This document shows, piece by piece, positions 1 to 7,761 of a DNA stretch of 12,234 nt (position 1 is its first letter; the number at the start of each line of letters is the position of its first letter). The DNA lies in assembly GCA_031426555.1 (NCBI GenBank), contig JANPLN010000012.1, forward strand, positions 1 to 12,234, in the 5' to 3' direction. The notes below the pieces were generated by a model. It was not told the DNA's origin. It saw nothing but the letters and a program-made list of their open reading frames with translations, and made no database searches. The translations under genes and the position numbers were made by a program. The stretch is from Bdellovibrionales bacterium. Lineage in GTDB: Bacteria > Bdellovibrionota > Bdellovibrionia > Bdellovibrionales > JAGQZY01.

Positions 1-2
1 TC

Positions 3-1193
3 CGCGCCGGAAAATTTAAATCCGCAGGTGAGATGATCACGCAAGAAAAAATGTCCGACGAAAACCGCTTGCAGGTGACCGAGCTCACGCAAGGTTTATG
101 GAACACGGTGCTTGTGCAAATTGTGGAAGAGCAAAAACAACTGACGGTGGAACAACTCAATCAATGGGCCGAAAAGCTGGAAGTGTTTTCTGCGAAAACT
201 GCGTACAACGCAAAACTTGTCAGCCAGTTGGTCCCCGTAGAAGAAGTTGAGAAAAAACTTTTGCAAAAAAGCGGCCTAAAAGCTGACGATGAAGTGCGTC
301 TGGTCGCATGGAATTCGTATGCCGATACCGCCGTTTCCTCGCGCTCATTCTTAAGCAATAAAGACAAAGTGGCCGTGATTCTCGCTGAAGGCGAAATCCA
401 AATGGGCAGTGGATCGAACAACGGCACGATTTACTCCGACGAGCTTTCCTCGCTGATTCGCGAGCTCGACAAGGACAAAGAAGTGAAGGCCGTTGTTCTT
501 CGTATCGACAGCCCGGGCGGAAGCGCCCTTGCCTCGGATGTGATTTGGCGAAGTCTTGAGTATTTAAAAAAGCATAAAAAAGTTGTGGCTTCGTTTTCGG
601 ATGTTGCGGCCTCGGGCGGGTACTACATCGCTGCAGGTGCTGATTACATTTACGCCGAGCCCACCACCATCACCGGTTCCATCGGCGTGTTTGGTATGTT
701 ATTTAATGCCGAAAAGTTTTTCGACAACAAACTCGGCATCACCTTCGACGGCGTCAAGACCAATGCGTCGGCAGATATCATGTCCAATTCCAGATCGCTC
801 ACGGAGTTTGAAAAAAGCCGCATCCAAGAGGAAGTCACCGACATTTACGGAACCTTCCTCGGAGTTGTGCAACAAGGCCGCAAAAAGTTTGAAGACAAAG
901 AGGCCGTGCGCGAAGTGGCCGAAGGCCGGGTGTGGCTTGGCTCCAAAGCCATGGAGATCGGACTCGTCGACGAAATGGGTTCGCTGGATGCGGCCATCGC
1001 CAAAGCGGCAAAGCTCGCGGGTCTTAAAAGTTACGATGTAATTTTGTATCCCGACGAAAAACGCTGGATCGACAAAGTGATGGACTCACTCAGTGGAGCT
1101 TCCATCGTTCCAACGTGGCTACAAAAAATACTGATCCGCGACCCCAAGCAAGAAATCTTCTGGGCCCGCTGGCCTTTCGACGTAAAACTCTAG
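3..1193 (+). CDS. sppA: Signal peptide peptidase SppA (protease IV, 67-kDa type, peptidase S49), 5'-partial
   Basis: Frame is open from base 3 (RAGKFKSAGEM, the GxxKSAxE motif of the N-terminal S49 domain). The C-terminal domain has LRIDSPGGS, AASGGYYIA, TITGSIGV and EGRVWLG. The start lies upstream of the window. Confidence 0.95.
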   Translation, partial: RAGKFKSAGEMITQEKMSDENRLQVTELTQGLWNTVLVQIVEEQKQLTVEQLNQWAEKLEVFSAKTAYNAKLVSQLVPVEEVEKKLLQKSGLKADDEVRLVAWNSYADTAVSSRSFLSNKDKVAVILAEGEIQMGSGSNNGTIYSDELSSLIRELDKDKEVKAVVLRIDSPGGSALASDVIWRSLEYLKKHKKVVASFSDVAASGGYYIAAGADYIYAEPTTITGSIGVFGMLFNAEKFFDNKLGITFDGVKTNASADIMSNSRSLTEFEKSRIQEEVTDIYGTFLGVVQQGRKKFEDKEAVREVAEGRVWLGSKAMEIGLVDEMGSLDAAIAKAAKLAGLKSYDVILYPDEKRWIDKVMDSLSGASIVPTWLQKILIRDPKQEIFWARWPFDVKL

Positions 1194-1200
1194 GAACGCT

Positions 1201-1223
1201 TAAAAGGTACGCCGTACCTTTTA
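1201..1223 (+). terminator. Hairpin after sppA, probable terminator
   Basis: Perfect 10-bp inverted repeat TAAAAGGTAC-gcc-GTACCTTTTA starting 8 nt after the sppA stop. Confidence 0.55.
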
Positions 1224-1240
1224 GTTGAGACTCGCGTTAC

Positions 1241-1269
1241 AAAAAAAATGGCGTGCTAAATGCACGCCA
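1241..1269 (-). terminator. Rho-independent terminator of the minus-strand gene 1308..1778
   Basis: Stem TGGCGTGC-taaat-GCACGCCA (1249-1269) next to A8 (1241-1248), i.e. hairpin plus U8 on the minus strand. Confidence 0.8.
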
Positions 1270-1307
1270 GTATTCATCAATAAACAAATTAATGAAAAGA
1301 AAAATCC

Positions 1308-1778
1308 TTAGCGAGTTGCGGGGGTTTCTTTTGTAGTGGGGTCGTAACATACGAATTCTTGGTTGATGGTGAGGCCTGTGTAAAAGCCAGTCATCATCAC
1401 GTTGAAATCCTGAATTACGCCTTCGGCGTTCTTAGGAATTGCAAAGGTGGGAGTTGATGTTGTTGTAAGTGTTGGAAAATCAAAAGATAGAATATCAAGA
1501 TCTCTTTCGATCATTACTTTTGCAACAGAATCACCAGCAGTGTAAACGAGTTTCAAAGCCCAAAGATAGTCTGGATATTTTGCGTTTTTAGTTTCGACGA
1601 TTCCTGATTCGATATTCGTATAAGTATCAGCTGCCGCATCGTAATCGAGGTACACATCCACGTAAATGTCGCCAGTTTGGTTAGGTGTGTAGTAATCACA
1701 GAACATTAAAACTTTAGACGTTTGTGCGGAAGCGTTGAGACCCATCAGCATTAAAGCCGCTACGATAAATAATTTCAT
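1308..1778 (-). CDS. Hypothetical secreted protein (156 aa)
   Basis: Sec signal peptide MKLFIVAALMLMGLNASA|Q; AGGAG Shine-Dalgarno at 1784-1788 (minus); own terminator; two Cys near the ends of the mature chain. No family recognised. Confidence 0.85.
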   Translation of the reverse strand: MKLFIVAALMLMGLNASAQTSKVLMFCDYYTPNQTGDIYVDVYLDYDAAADTYTNIESGIVETKNAKYPDYLWALKLVYTAGDSVAKVMIERDLDILSFDFPTLTTTSTPTFAIPKNAEGVIQDFNVMMTGFYTGLTINQEFVCYDPTTKETPATR

Positions 1779-1862
1779 TCATTCTCCTTTGTCGAACCCG
1801 AAGGTTGTTTGTTGTTCGCACATAAGAACAAAACATCGCAGACATTAGCAAGAAAAATAGTG

Positions 1863-2942
1863 TTAAGGCGTCTTAAAAAGCTGAATCATCAAAGGCCAAT
1901 GGTCCGATACACCGCGCATTGAAGGCAACGTAAAGTCTGCGGGCGAGCCGTAGCGGTTGGTCTGAAACGGCAGTGGATTGTGCAAGCGAAACGAAGTGAC
2001 ATCCACCGTCCACGATGTGTTCGCAGAGAAAAAAGCTTCGTTCACAAGAATCATATCTAAAAACGACCAATCTCCCGTGAAGGTTTCGTAGGTGCTTCCT
2101 TGGCAAGTTGTGCAATAAAGATGCACCGGAACCCATTTCGGTAGCAGATGAGTTTTGGCAATTTCGCTTCCTTCCATTTCATCTCGCGGAAAATTAAAAT
2201 CGCCGAGGATGAGCTGAAGGTTCTCCCCGGACTGCCTGGTAATCTGTGACAACATGCCGAGACGTTTTTTAAGGGGAGAGCTGGCAATGGGAAAATGCAC
2301 CACCGTGACTGCGAGCTTATTTTTGTCGGGAAGTTCCACGGAGAGGTTGAGCGCGGGGCGCGATTTCCCCAGAGCAATAAGTAGAGGTTCCTCGGCGATC
2401 GGCAAGCGAGTTATAACTCCCACGTCGATACCTCGCGCATCGTTGTTTTCGACAAGATAAGCTTTGTAATTCATGTTGGGTAATTGCTCATCGATCAGTC
2501 GCTGCAGAAGTTGTATGTTTTCCACCTCCTGCAAGGCTAAAAAGTCAGGTCCGGCTCCAGAATTAACGGCGCGTATCACCTGCCCGAGTCTGCGCAATTT
2601 TTCGCCAACAACGTTCTCGTTCCAATCCCATTCGGCGCACTGCTCCCGCCATGATTTGGCGTCGAGTTTTTTGCAGTCTTTAAAGTGATTTGGAATTTGT
2701 TTTTTAATTTGCAGCGGCAAGTAAGTATCGTCTAATTTTTGCGGATCATCTTCGGCATCGTAAAGGTTTTCCACATTCCAGGTCATAATGGTTATGGACG
2801 GTGAGGCTGCTGAAAAGTTTTGCAAAGGTTGAGGAAGGGGCAGAGCCGCGTCGTCAGCTGAGGTCTTTGTGCTCGGAGTGTTGGTTCCGAAGCCGCAGGA
2901 CACAAAAAGGAGAACAAGTAAGCATTGAAACATAAATTTCAT
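1863..2942 (-). CDS. Endonuclease/exonuclease/phosphatase (EEP) family lipoprotein, probable extracytoplasmic nuclease
   Basis: Motifs TWNVENL, LQEVEN, GDFN, LDMIL, SDHWP. Start moved to ATG 2942, which gives MKFMFQCLLVLLFVS-C (lipobox-like) with a G-rich SD upstream. Confidence 0.9.
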   Translation of the reverse strand: MKFMFQCLLVLLFVSCGFGTNTPSTKTSADDAALPLPQPLQNFSAASPSITIMTWNVENLYDAEDDPQKLDDTYLPLQIKKQIPNHFKDCKKLDAKSWREQCAEWDWNENVVGEKLRRLGQVIRAVNSGAGPDFLALQEVENIQLLQRLIDEQLPNMNYKAYLVENNDARGIDVGVITRLPIAEEPLLIALGKSRPALNLSVELPDKNKLAVTVVHFPIASSPLKKRLGMLSQITRQSGENLQLILGDFNFPRDEMEGSEIAKTHLLPKWVPVHLYCTTCQGSTYETFTGDWSFLDMILVNEAFFSANTSWTVDVTSFRLHNPLPFQTNRYGSPADFTLPSMRGVSDHWPLMIQLFKTP

Positions 2943-3000
2943 TTGAGTCCCCCACACAAGTAACGCGTTAACATAAAACGCTGGCAAAGGGGAAGAAATT

Positions 3001-3009
3001 TGTTATTCT
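3001..3009 (+). promoter_or_regulatory. Candidate extended -10 promoter for cdd
   Basis: TG-T-TATTCT followed by 6 nt and then the ATG at 3016; no SD within normal spacing. Confidence 0.45.
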
Positions 3010-3015
3010 TGGCCC

Positions 3016-3438
3016 ATGGAACAAGTCACCAAAGCCTACCAAGAAGCCATGCAAGCCCGCAGACGAGCCTATGCTCCCTATTCGAAATTTCTTGTGGGGG
3101 CGTGCTTAAAAATTCGTAATCAGGATTTGTATATATCCGGTTGCAATGTTGAAAACGCAAGCTTCGGTGCCACAGTGTGCGCAGAGCGCGTGGCTCTGTG
3201 GAACTGGGTGAGCCAGTGCGAAAACGACAGCGAAAGAGATGCAAAAAACATTGAATTTTTAGTCTTAGTAACGGACACAGTGAATCCGGTTGCTACCCCT
3301 TGTGGTATGTGTCTACAAACCATGAGTGAATTCCTTTCGCCGGACACCCCGGTGTTCCTGGCGAATTTAGCAGGGTTGCAAAAAGAAGTTCTCTTTAAAG
3401 ACTTGCTGCCTTATTCGTTTCATTTAGCGAAGTTATAA
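3016..3438 (+). CDS. cdd: Cytidine deaminase (homotetrameric type)
   Basis: AYAPYSKFLVGA, GCNVENASFG, CAER and PCGMC zinc-binding motifs; 140 aa. Confidence 0.96.
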   Translation: MEQVTKAYQEAMQARRRAYAPYSKFLVGACLKIRNQDLYISGCNVENASFGATVCAERVALWNWVSQCENDSERDAKNIEFLVLVTDTVNPVATPCGMCLQTMSEFLSPDTPVFLANLAGLQKEVLFKDLLPYSFHLAKL

Positions 3439-4375
3439 AGACGCGCATTTTTTCAAACGCCGAATGGCGAACGGCATCCACTTCAAATAAAATTTCGTGC
3501 TTGCTGTTTTTCATCACTGCTTTTTGACACTTTGGTAACTGCGAGCACGCCCAATCCTGCGCGGAGTTGTCGACGAGATAATCTGTGTCCGCTTGTAAAA
3601 GCAAAACGGGGGCGTGCAGGGATTTAAAATTCAGCTGTTTGAGCTTGCCCACGGATTCACGAGCAGCGCGCAACCAACCTAGCGTCGCCCCCTGTCGCTT
3701 CAGTTCAGGATAAAGCGTTAATGTTTTCTGAAACTCCTCCTGTTTTTCAATACTATTTGTAACCCAGCCGTTCTTGATATTTTTTTTGTTCACAAAAAAA
3801 CTATAAAGCGGGGGGTAGGAACTGTCGGGAAACAGCGACAGTAACCACGTGAGCACAGCCCCCGTGCGCAAAGAGGGATTGATATCAAATAAGGGTGCCG
3901 AGAGAATCAACGCATCAATCAGCCCTGGGTTTTCCGCAGCTGCGCGCACGGCCAAATGCGCGCCCATGGAGTGTCCAATGACGATCACTTTCCGGTGCTG
4001 AGTGCGAAGTTTTTTTAAAAACGCTTGGATCGCTGTTAAGTGGGTGTCGAAGCTATCAATATGAACCTTAATCAGCTCCTGCGGCAATAGATGCGAGGAA
4101 AAACCCTGACCAATATGGTCCCACCCATAATACGTTGTATTCTGCAGCCGTAGGTTTTCGAAAATATCGTAATACTTGAGGCTGGATTCTCCCATCCCCG
4201 GTAAAAAAACAATGGCCTCTGGCTGATCGGGATTCACCATATAGTAGTGGTTGTAAAGCTGTGGCTGAAACGGGTGTGGAACCTTGATGGAAGCAGCAGT
4301 TTGCAAAAATTTTTGCGCCGGGAGAAGCTCCCCATGAACGAAAAAAAACAAGAAAATTGCAACGAGAATCGACAT
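3395..4375 (-). CDS. Alpha/beta hydrolase, lysophospholipase L2 (PldB)-like, with N-terminal hydrophobic signal
   Basis: PGMGES, DHIGQGFS, nucleophile GHSMG, and HEILFE (catalytic His). Start is ATG 4375 or 4390. Overlaps the cdd 3' end by 44 bp. Confidence 0.88.
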   Translation of the reverse strand: MSILVAIFLFFFVHGELLPAQKFLQTAASIKVPHPFQPQLYNHYYMVNPDQPEAIVFLPGMGESSLKYYDIFENLRLQNTTYYGWDHIGQGFSSHLLPQELIKVHIDSFDTHLTAIQAFLKKLRTQHRKVIVIGHSMGAHLAVRAAAENPGLIDALILSAPLFDINPSLRTGAVLTWLLSLFPDSSYPPLYSFFVNKKNIKNGWVTNSIEKQEEFQKTLTLYPELKRQGATLGWLRAARESVGKLKQLNFKSLHAPVLLLQADTDYLVDNSAQDWACSQLPKCQKAVMKNSKHEILFEVDAVRHSAFEKMRVFITSLNETNKAASL

Positions 4376-4420
4376 GTCTTCTTGTAGCATACAGCTCTAA
4401 ATATCTGAAGTCCTTAAGGC

Positions 4421-4449
4421 TTGACTCCCTTGCTAGACAGAACTACAAC
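4421..4449 (+). promoter_or_regulatory. Candidate sigma70 promoter of the tRNA
   Basis: TTGACT (4421-4426), 17-bp spacer, TACAAC (4444-4449), 21 nt before the tRNA; the -10 is imperfect. Confidence 0.35.
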
Positions 4450-4470
4450 TTGGGCGAACTTTGTTATCAC

Positions 4471-4547
4471 GGCGGGGTAGCTCAGGTGGTTAGAGCAGCG
4501 GAATCATAATCCGCGTGTCGGGGGTTCAACTCCCTCTCCCGCTACCA
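4471..4547 (+). tRNA. tRNA-Met (CAT), elongator type
   Basis: 77-nt cloverleaf: acceptor GGCGGGG/TCCCGCT, D-arm GCTC/GAGC, anticodon stem GCGGA/TCCGC with CAT at 4505-4507, T-loop TTCAACT, encoded CCA. It lacks the fMet C1:A72 mismatch and the C4-G69/C5-G68 pairs typical of Ile2. Confidence 0.95.
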
Positions 4548-4625
4548 ATTAGCTGCTAAATAGCTGAAACTACTATAATTAAAATCACTAAAAGCTTTTT
4601 GTTACAGCGTAGAACCACTTTGGGG

Positions 4626-4808
4626 TTATACGACTTCACTTTTGATAAGCGTCAGCATCGGTTTTTCGGCTTTTGCGACGGCCTCTTTTGCCCGCGAACC
4701 GAGCACTTTCGTAATGAAGCGCAACTTTTAAATCGACCCAGTTCCCCCAGCTGTAGCGCCTGTGTAAGGGCACACATGAGTTAAGGAGTAGGGCAGAGCA
4801 CCGTGCCG
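4626..4808 (-). pseudogene. Degenerate C-terminal fragment of a tyrosine recombinase/integrase
   Basis: Manual minus-strand translation with frameshifts: RH(G)/CSALLLNSCVPL...GNWVDLKVALHY/TKVLGSRAKEAVAKAEKPMLTLIKSEVV*. R to W is 23 residues (68 nt, one base lost) and W to Y is 9 residues, as in the tyrosine recombinase catalytic box. Lies 78 bp from the tRNA 3' end. Confidence 0.6.
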
Positions 4809-5012
4809 TTCCGCTGAAGGATCAACTCTCCATAAGCGGGCGCTAATCCTTTCTCGTTTCGCCGCAAACGGCCGGACAAGCGTGTCCGTACTAATTTATG
4901 TCATTACTTATTTAGACCGTAACATGCTAGTACATTTATAACGATTTTATCCGTCTTATTCTTGATGTTGGTGCGTAACTTGGACCAGAGAGATAATAGA
5001 CGTTGGAGAAAA

Positions 5013-5915
5013 ATGACAATGGTCAACAATCCGTATGAAATATTAAAAGTCGCACCGACGGCTACCCAAGAGGATATTAAAGCGGCTTATCGAAAGCTGG
5101 CTAAAAAATTTCATCCGGATCTTAATCCTGGAAACAAAGAGGCCGAATCTCGTTTCAAAGACATAAATGCTGCCTATTCTCTTGTAGATAGTGTAGAGAA
5201 CCGTGCAAAGTTCGACCAAGGCGAAGTTGACGAAAAGCAATATCGTCAGGCTCAGCAGCGAGGTGCACCTTTTTATTCGCAAACCCAAACCGGCGGTGGG
5301 CGCTATTCCAACAATGGCTCAAATCCATTTGAAGGCATGGATTCTGAAACTTTAGGGGATTTGTTTTCGCATTTCGGGCGATCAGCACCTAATAATCGAC
5401 CACAGCGCGAAGAGACATATCAGGTCGAAATTAGTTTTACAGATGCGGTGTTGGGAGCGGAGAGAGAAATCACGTTTCCGAATGGAAAAACGGTACAACT
5501 TAAAATTCCGGCGGGTGTCGATTCAGGAATACGATTGCGGTTTGCAGGAAAGGGTGAAAACGGAGGCGACGCCTTTGTCCAGGTGAACATACTCCCTTCG
5601 TTAAACTTCAAACGTGACGGCAAAGACATCCTTACCGATGCTGACGTGCCATTCGATGTCGCCATTTTAGGCGGAGAAATAAAAGTTCCCGTTGTTGACG
5701 GCGTCATTTTGCTAAAAATCCCACCTGATGCTCGAGATGGACAAAAGATGCGTGTGACGGGAAAAGGTGTGCCGTTTGGAGGCGACCGAGGCGCATTAAT
5801 TGTCAAACTAAACGTAAAGCTTCCCGCAAAAGTTGATGATGAATTCAGGCTAGCTGTGGCGGCTTGGAGCGCAAGACAGAATGCCCAAGTACAAGCGAAA
5901 AAGGAGTCCTTATGA
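5013..5915 (+). CDS. cbpA: CbpA-like class II J-domain protein (curved DNA-binding protein/DnaJ without zinc finger)
   Basis: J-domain with HPD (KKFHPDLNPG), G/F-rich linker, two DnaJ C-terminal domains and no CxxCxGxG repeats. GGAG at 5005-5008 supports ATG 5013 or 5019. Followed by cbpM. Confidence 0.9.
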   Translation: MTMVNNPYEILKVAPTATQEDIKAAYRKLAKKFHPDLNPGNKEAESRFKDINAAYSLVDSVENRAKFDQGEVDEKQYRQAQQRGAPFYSQTQTGGGRYSNNGSNPFEGMDSETLGDLFSHFGRSAPNNRPQREETYQVEISFTDAVLGAEREITFPNGKTVQLKIPAGVDSGIRLRFAGKGENGGDAFVQVNILPSLNFKRDGKDILTDADVPFDVAILGGEIKVPVVDGVILLKIPPDARDGQKMRVTGKGVPFGGDRGALIVKLNVKLPAKVDDEFRLAVAAWSARQNAQVQAKKESL

Positions 5916-6178
5916 ATAAGACTTTATTTACAGACATCGAGGTTTTAAGGATTACAGGATTAAAACAGGAACAAGTCACGTTATGGATAGAGAAAGAATG
6001 GGTGACGCCACCGGAGCCTTCACGGTTCGACACTGAGGACGTAGCCCGTTTGCAACTCATAAAAGATATGATCTACGACTTGGGAGCTAACGAGGATTCA
6101 ATTCCCATTCTACTGCATTTGATTGATCAACTCTATTGGACTCGCGAACAACTTCGCCGCGCAAAATCGCAGGATTAA
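5912..6178 (+). CDS. cbpM: Chaperone modulator CbpM (MerR-like HTH)
   Basis: ATGA overlap with the cbpA stop, AAGGAG SD at 5901-5906, and the pattern WIEKEWVTP...DVARLQLIKDMIYDLGANEDSIPILLHLIDQL; 88 aa. Confidence 0.88.
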   Translation: MNKTLFTDIEVLRITGLKQEQVTLWIEKEWVTPPEPSRFDTEDVARLQLIKDMIYDLGANEDSIPILLHLIDQLYWTREQLRRAKSQD

Positions 6179-6378
6179 TAAATTTCGATTGGTTAAAAAT
6201 GCCACCCCATTAAAAGTTGAGATCAATGATTCTTTTCCGTTTTTCTTATGTGAAGAAATCTCCGTGGCTGTTTGTGCCCTACTACATGATATAAGTTACT
6301 GCGAAGGTACCTAAGTTAGGGCGATTTTCCCGGCCAATCCTGTTGGTGAATTAAGTACAATACAGAAAAGGAGTTCTA

Positions 6379-7761
6379 ATGTCCGGGTCTCAAGCTGATC
6401 AATTTCGACTTGGATTTTTAGGGGCGGCAGGTACTGTCACAGGATCGAAATACCTTCTTGCAAACGACAAACAAAAAATTCTCATCGATTGTGGACTTTT
6501 TCAGGGGCTTAAGGAACTTCGTCTCAAGAATTGGGATCAGTTCCCAATCGAACCAAAATTTATCAATGCGATCGTTTTAACACATGCGCATCTTGATCAT
6601 TCTGGCTATATTCCAAGACTTGTCAAAGAAGGCTTTAGAGGAAAAATATTTTGCACACCAGCTACTTTTGCTCTTTGTCGAATCCTGCTCACTGATGCAG
6701 GTTATCTGCAAGAGGAAGAAGCCGAATGGCTGAACCGAAAGAAATTCTCGAAACATTCTCCCGCGTTGCCATTATTTACGAAAAAAGATGCTGAAATCTC
6801 ATTTGAACAATTCGTACCTATAAATTTTGATGAACCCTTCGAGGTGACTGAAGGAGTTCGCGCCACCTTTAAATATGCAGGGCACATACTTGGAGCGGCC
6901 ATTGTGGTTGTAGAGGCGCGAGCAATTAAAATCGCATTTTCTGGTGACGTTGGCCGAGCAAATGATCCCATATTACATGCACCGGCGTTGTTGCCTGCAA
7001 TTGATTATTTGGTCGTCGAATCAACCTATGGCAATCGACAACACGATGCCGTTGACCCCGTGCAGGAGCTAGAAACCGTCATCAACGAGGCGCTACAAAA
7101 AAAAGGCGTAATACTGATCCCCTCCTTTGCGGTGGGAAGAGCTCAGTCTTTAATGTACTATCTTTCAATTTTAAAAAAAGCAGGTCGAATTCCAAATGTT
7201 CCAATGTACTTGAACAGCCCCATGGCATTAAATGCTACAGATTTATTTTGTAAATTCAAATCACTCCATAAGCTGTCAGATGAACAGTGTAAAGATTTGT
7301 GCGAGACTGTCCAGTACGTCAAAACCGTGGACGAATCAAAAGCGCTGAATGAAAGAAAAGGGCCGATGATTATCATCTCGGCAAGTGGAATGGCAACGGG
7401 CGGTCGAATCGTTCACCATCTCAAAGCCTTTGTATCAAACCCAAGCACAACAGTGGTATTGACTGGATTTCAGGCTGCTGGAACTCGCGGGCGGGCACTT
7501 CAAGATGGTGCAAAAGAGCTCAAAATTCACGGAGAGTTTATTCCAGTGCTCGCAGACATTCGGGTTTTAAAGAATAGTTCAGCGCATGCGGACTATATCG
7601 AGATTTTGGATTGGCTTTCGAAGTCTAAAATAAATCCTCAAAAAGTGTTCGTTACCCATGGCGAAGTCGACGCGGCTCTTAAGATGAGCGAACACATTCG
7701 TGATCGTTTCCATTGGGTTTGTGAAGTTCCAAAACAAGATCAAGAATTTGCATTGGAATGA
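6379..7761 (+). CDS. MBL-fold metallo-hydrolase, beta-CASP RNA-specificity nuclease family
   Basis: GAAGTVTGS, IDCGLFQG, THAHLDHSG, AGHILG, FSGD, ESTYG, SAHAD, THGE; AAGGAG SD upstream. Confidence 0.95.
   Translation: MSGSQADQFRLGFLGAAGTVTGSKYLLANDKQKILIDCGLFQGLKELRLKNWDQFPIEPKFINAIVLTHAHLDHSGYIPRLVKEGFRGKIFCTPATFALCRILLTDAGYLQEEEAEWLNRKKFSKHSPALPLFTKKDAEISFEQFVPINFDEPFEVTEGVRATFKYAGHILGAAIVVVEARAIKIAFSGDVGRANDPILHAPALLPAIDYLVVESTYGNRQHDAVDPVQELETVINEALQKKGVILIPSFAVGRAQSLMYYLSILKKAGRIPNVPMYLNSPMALNATDLFCKFKSLHKLSDEQCKDLCETVQYVKTVDESKALNERKGPMIIISASGMATGGRIVHHLKAFVSNPSTTVVLTGFQAAGTRGRALQDGAKELKIHGEFIPVLADIRVLKNSSAHADYIEILDWLSKSKINPQKVFVTHGEVDAALKMSEHIRDRFHWVCEVPKQDQEFALE

Noticed and set aside
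33..35. ATG 33 as the sppA start
   Set aside because: The frame is open upstream and encodes the conserved GKFKSAGE motif, so the gene begins before the window.
4471..4547. tRNA-fMet or tRNA-Ile2 identity for the CAT tRNA
   Set aside because: Position 1-72 is G-U rather than a C:A mismatch, the anticodon stem lacks three consecutive G-C pairs, and pairs 4-69/5-68 are G-C rather than C-G; elongator Met fits best.
4599..4784. 61-aa plus-strand ORF after the tRNA
   Set aside because: TTG start with no SD and no recognisable motifs; it is antisense to the integrase remnant.
4962..5012. N-terminal extensions given by the ORF track for cbpA (4962), cbpM (5864), DUF6544 (8384), nitroreductase (9264) and EEP (2987)
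   Set aside because: Downstream starts have SD sequences, operon-type overlaps and proper domain or signal-peptide boundaries.
6217..6226. TTGAGATCAA (and TTGATTGATCAA near 6119-6130) as FNR/FixK boxes
   Set aside because: Half-site spacing is too short for TTGAT-N4-ATCAA, and the second lies inside cbpM.
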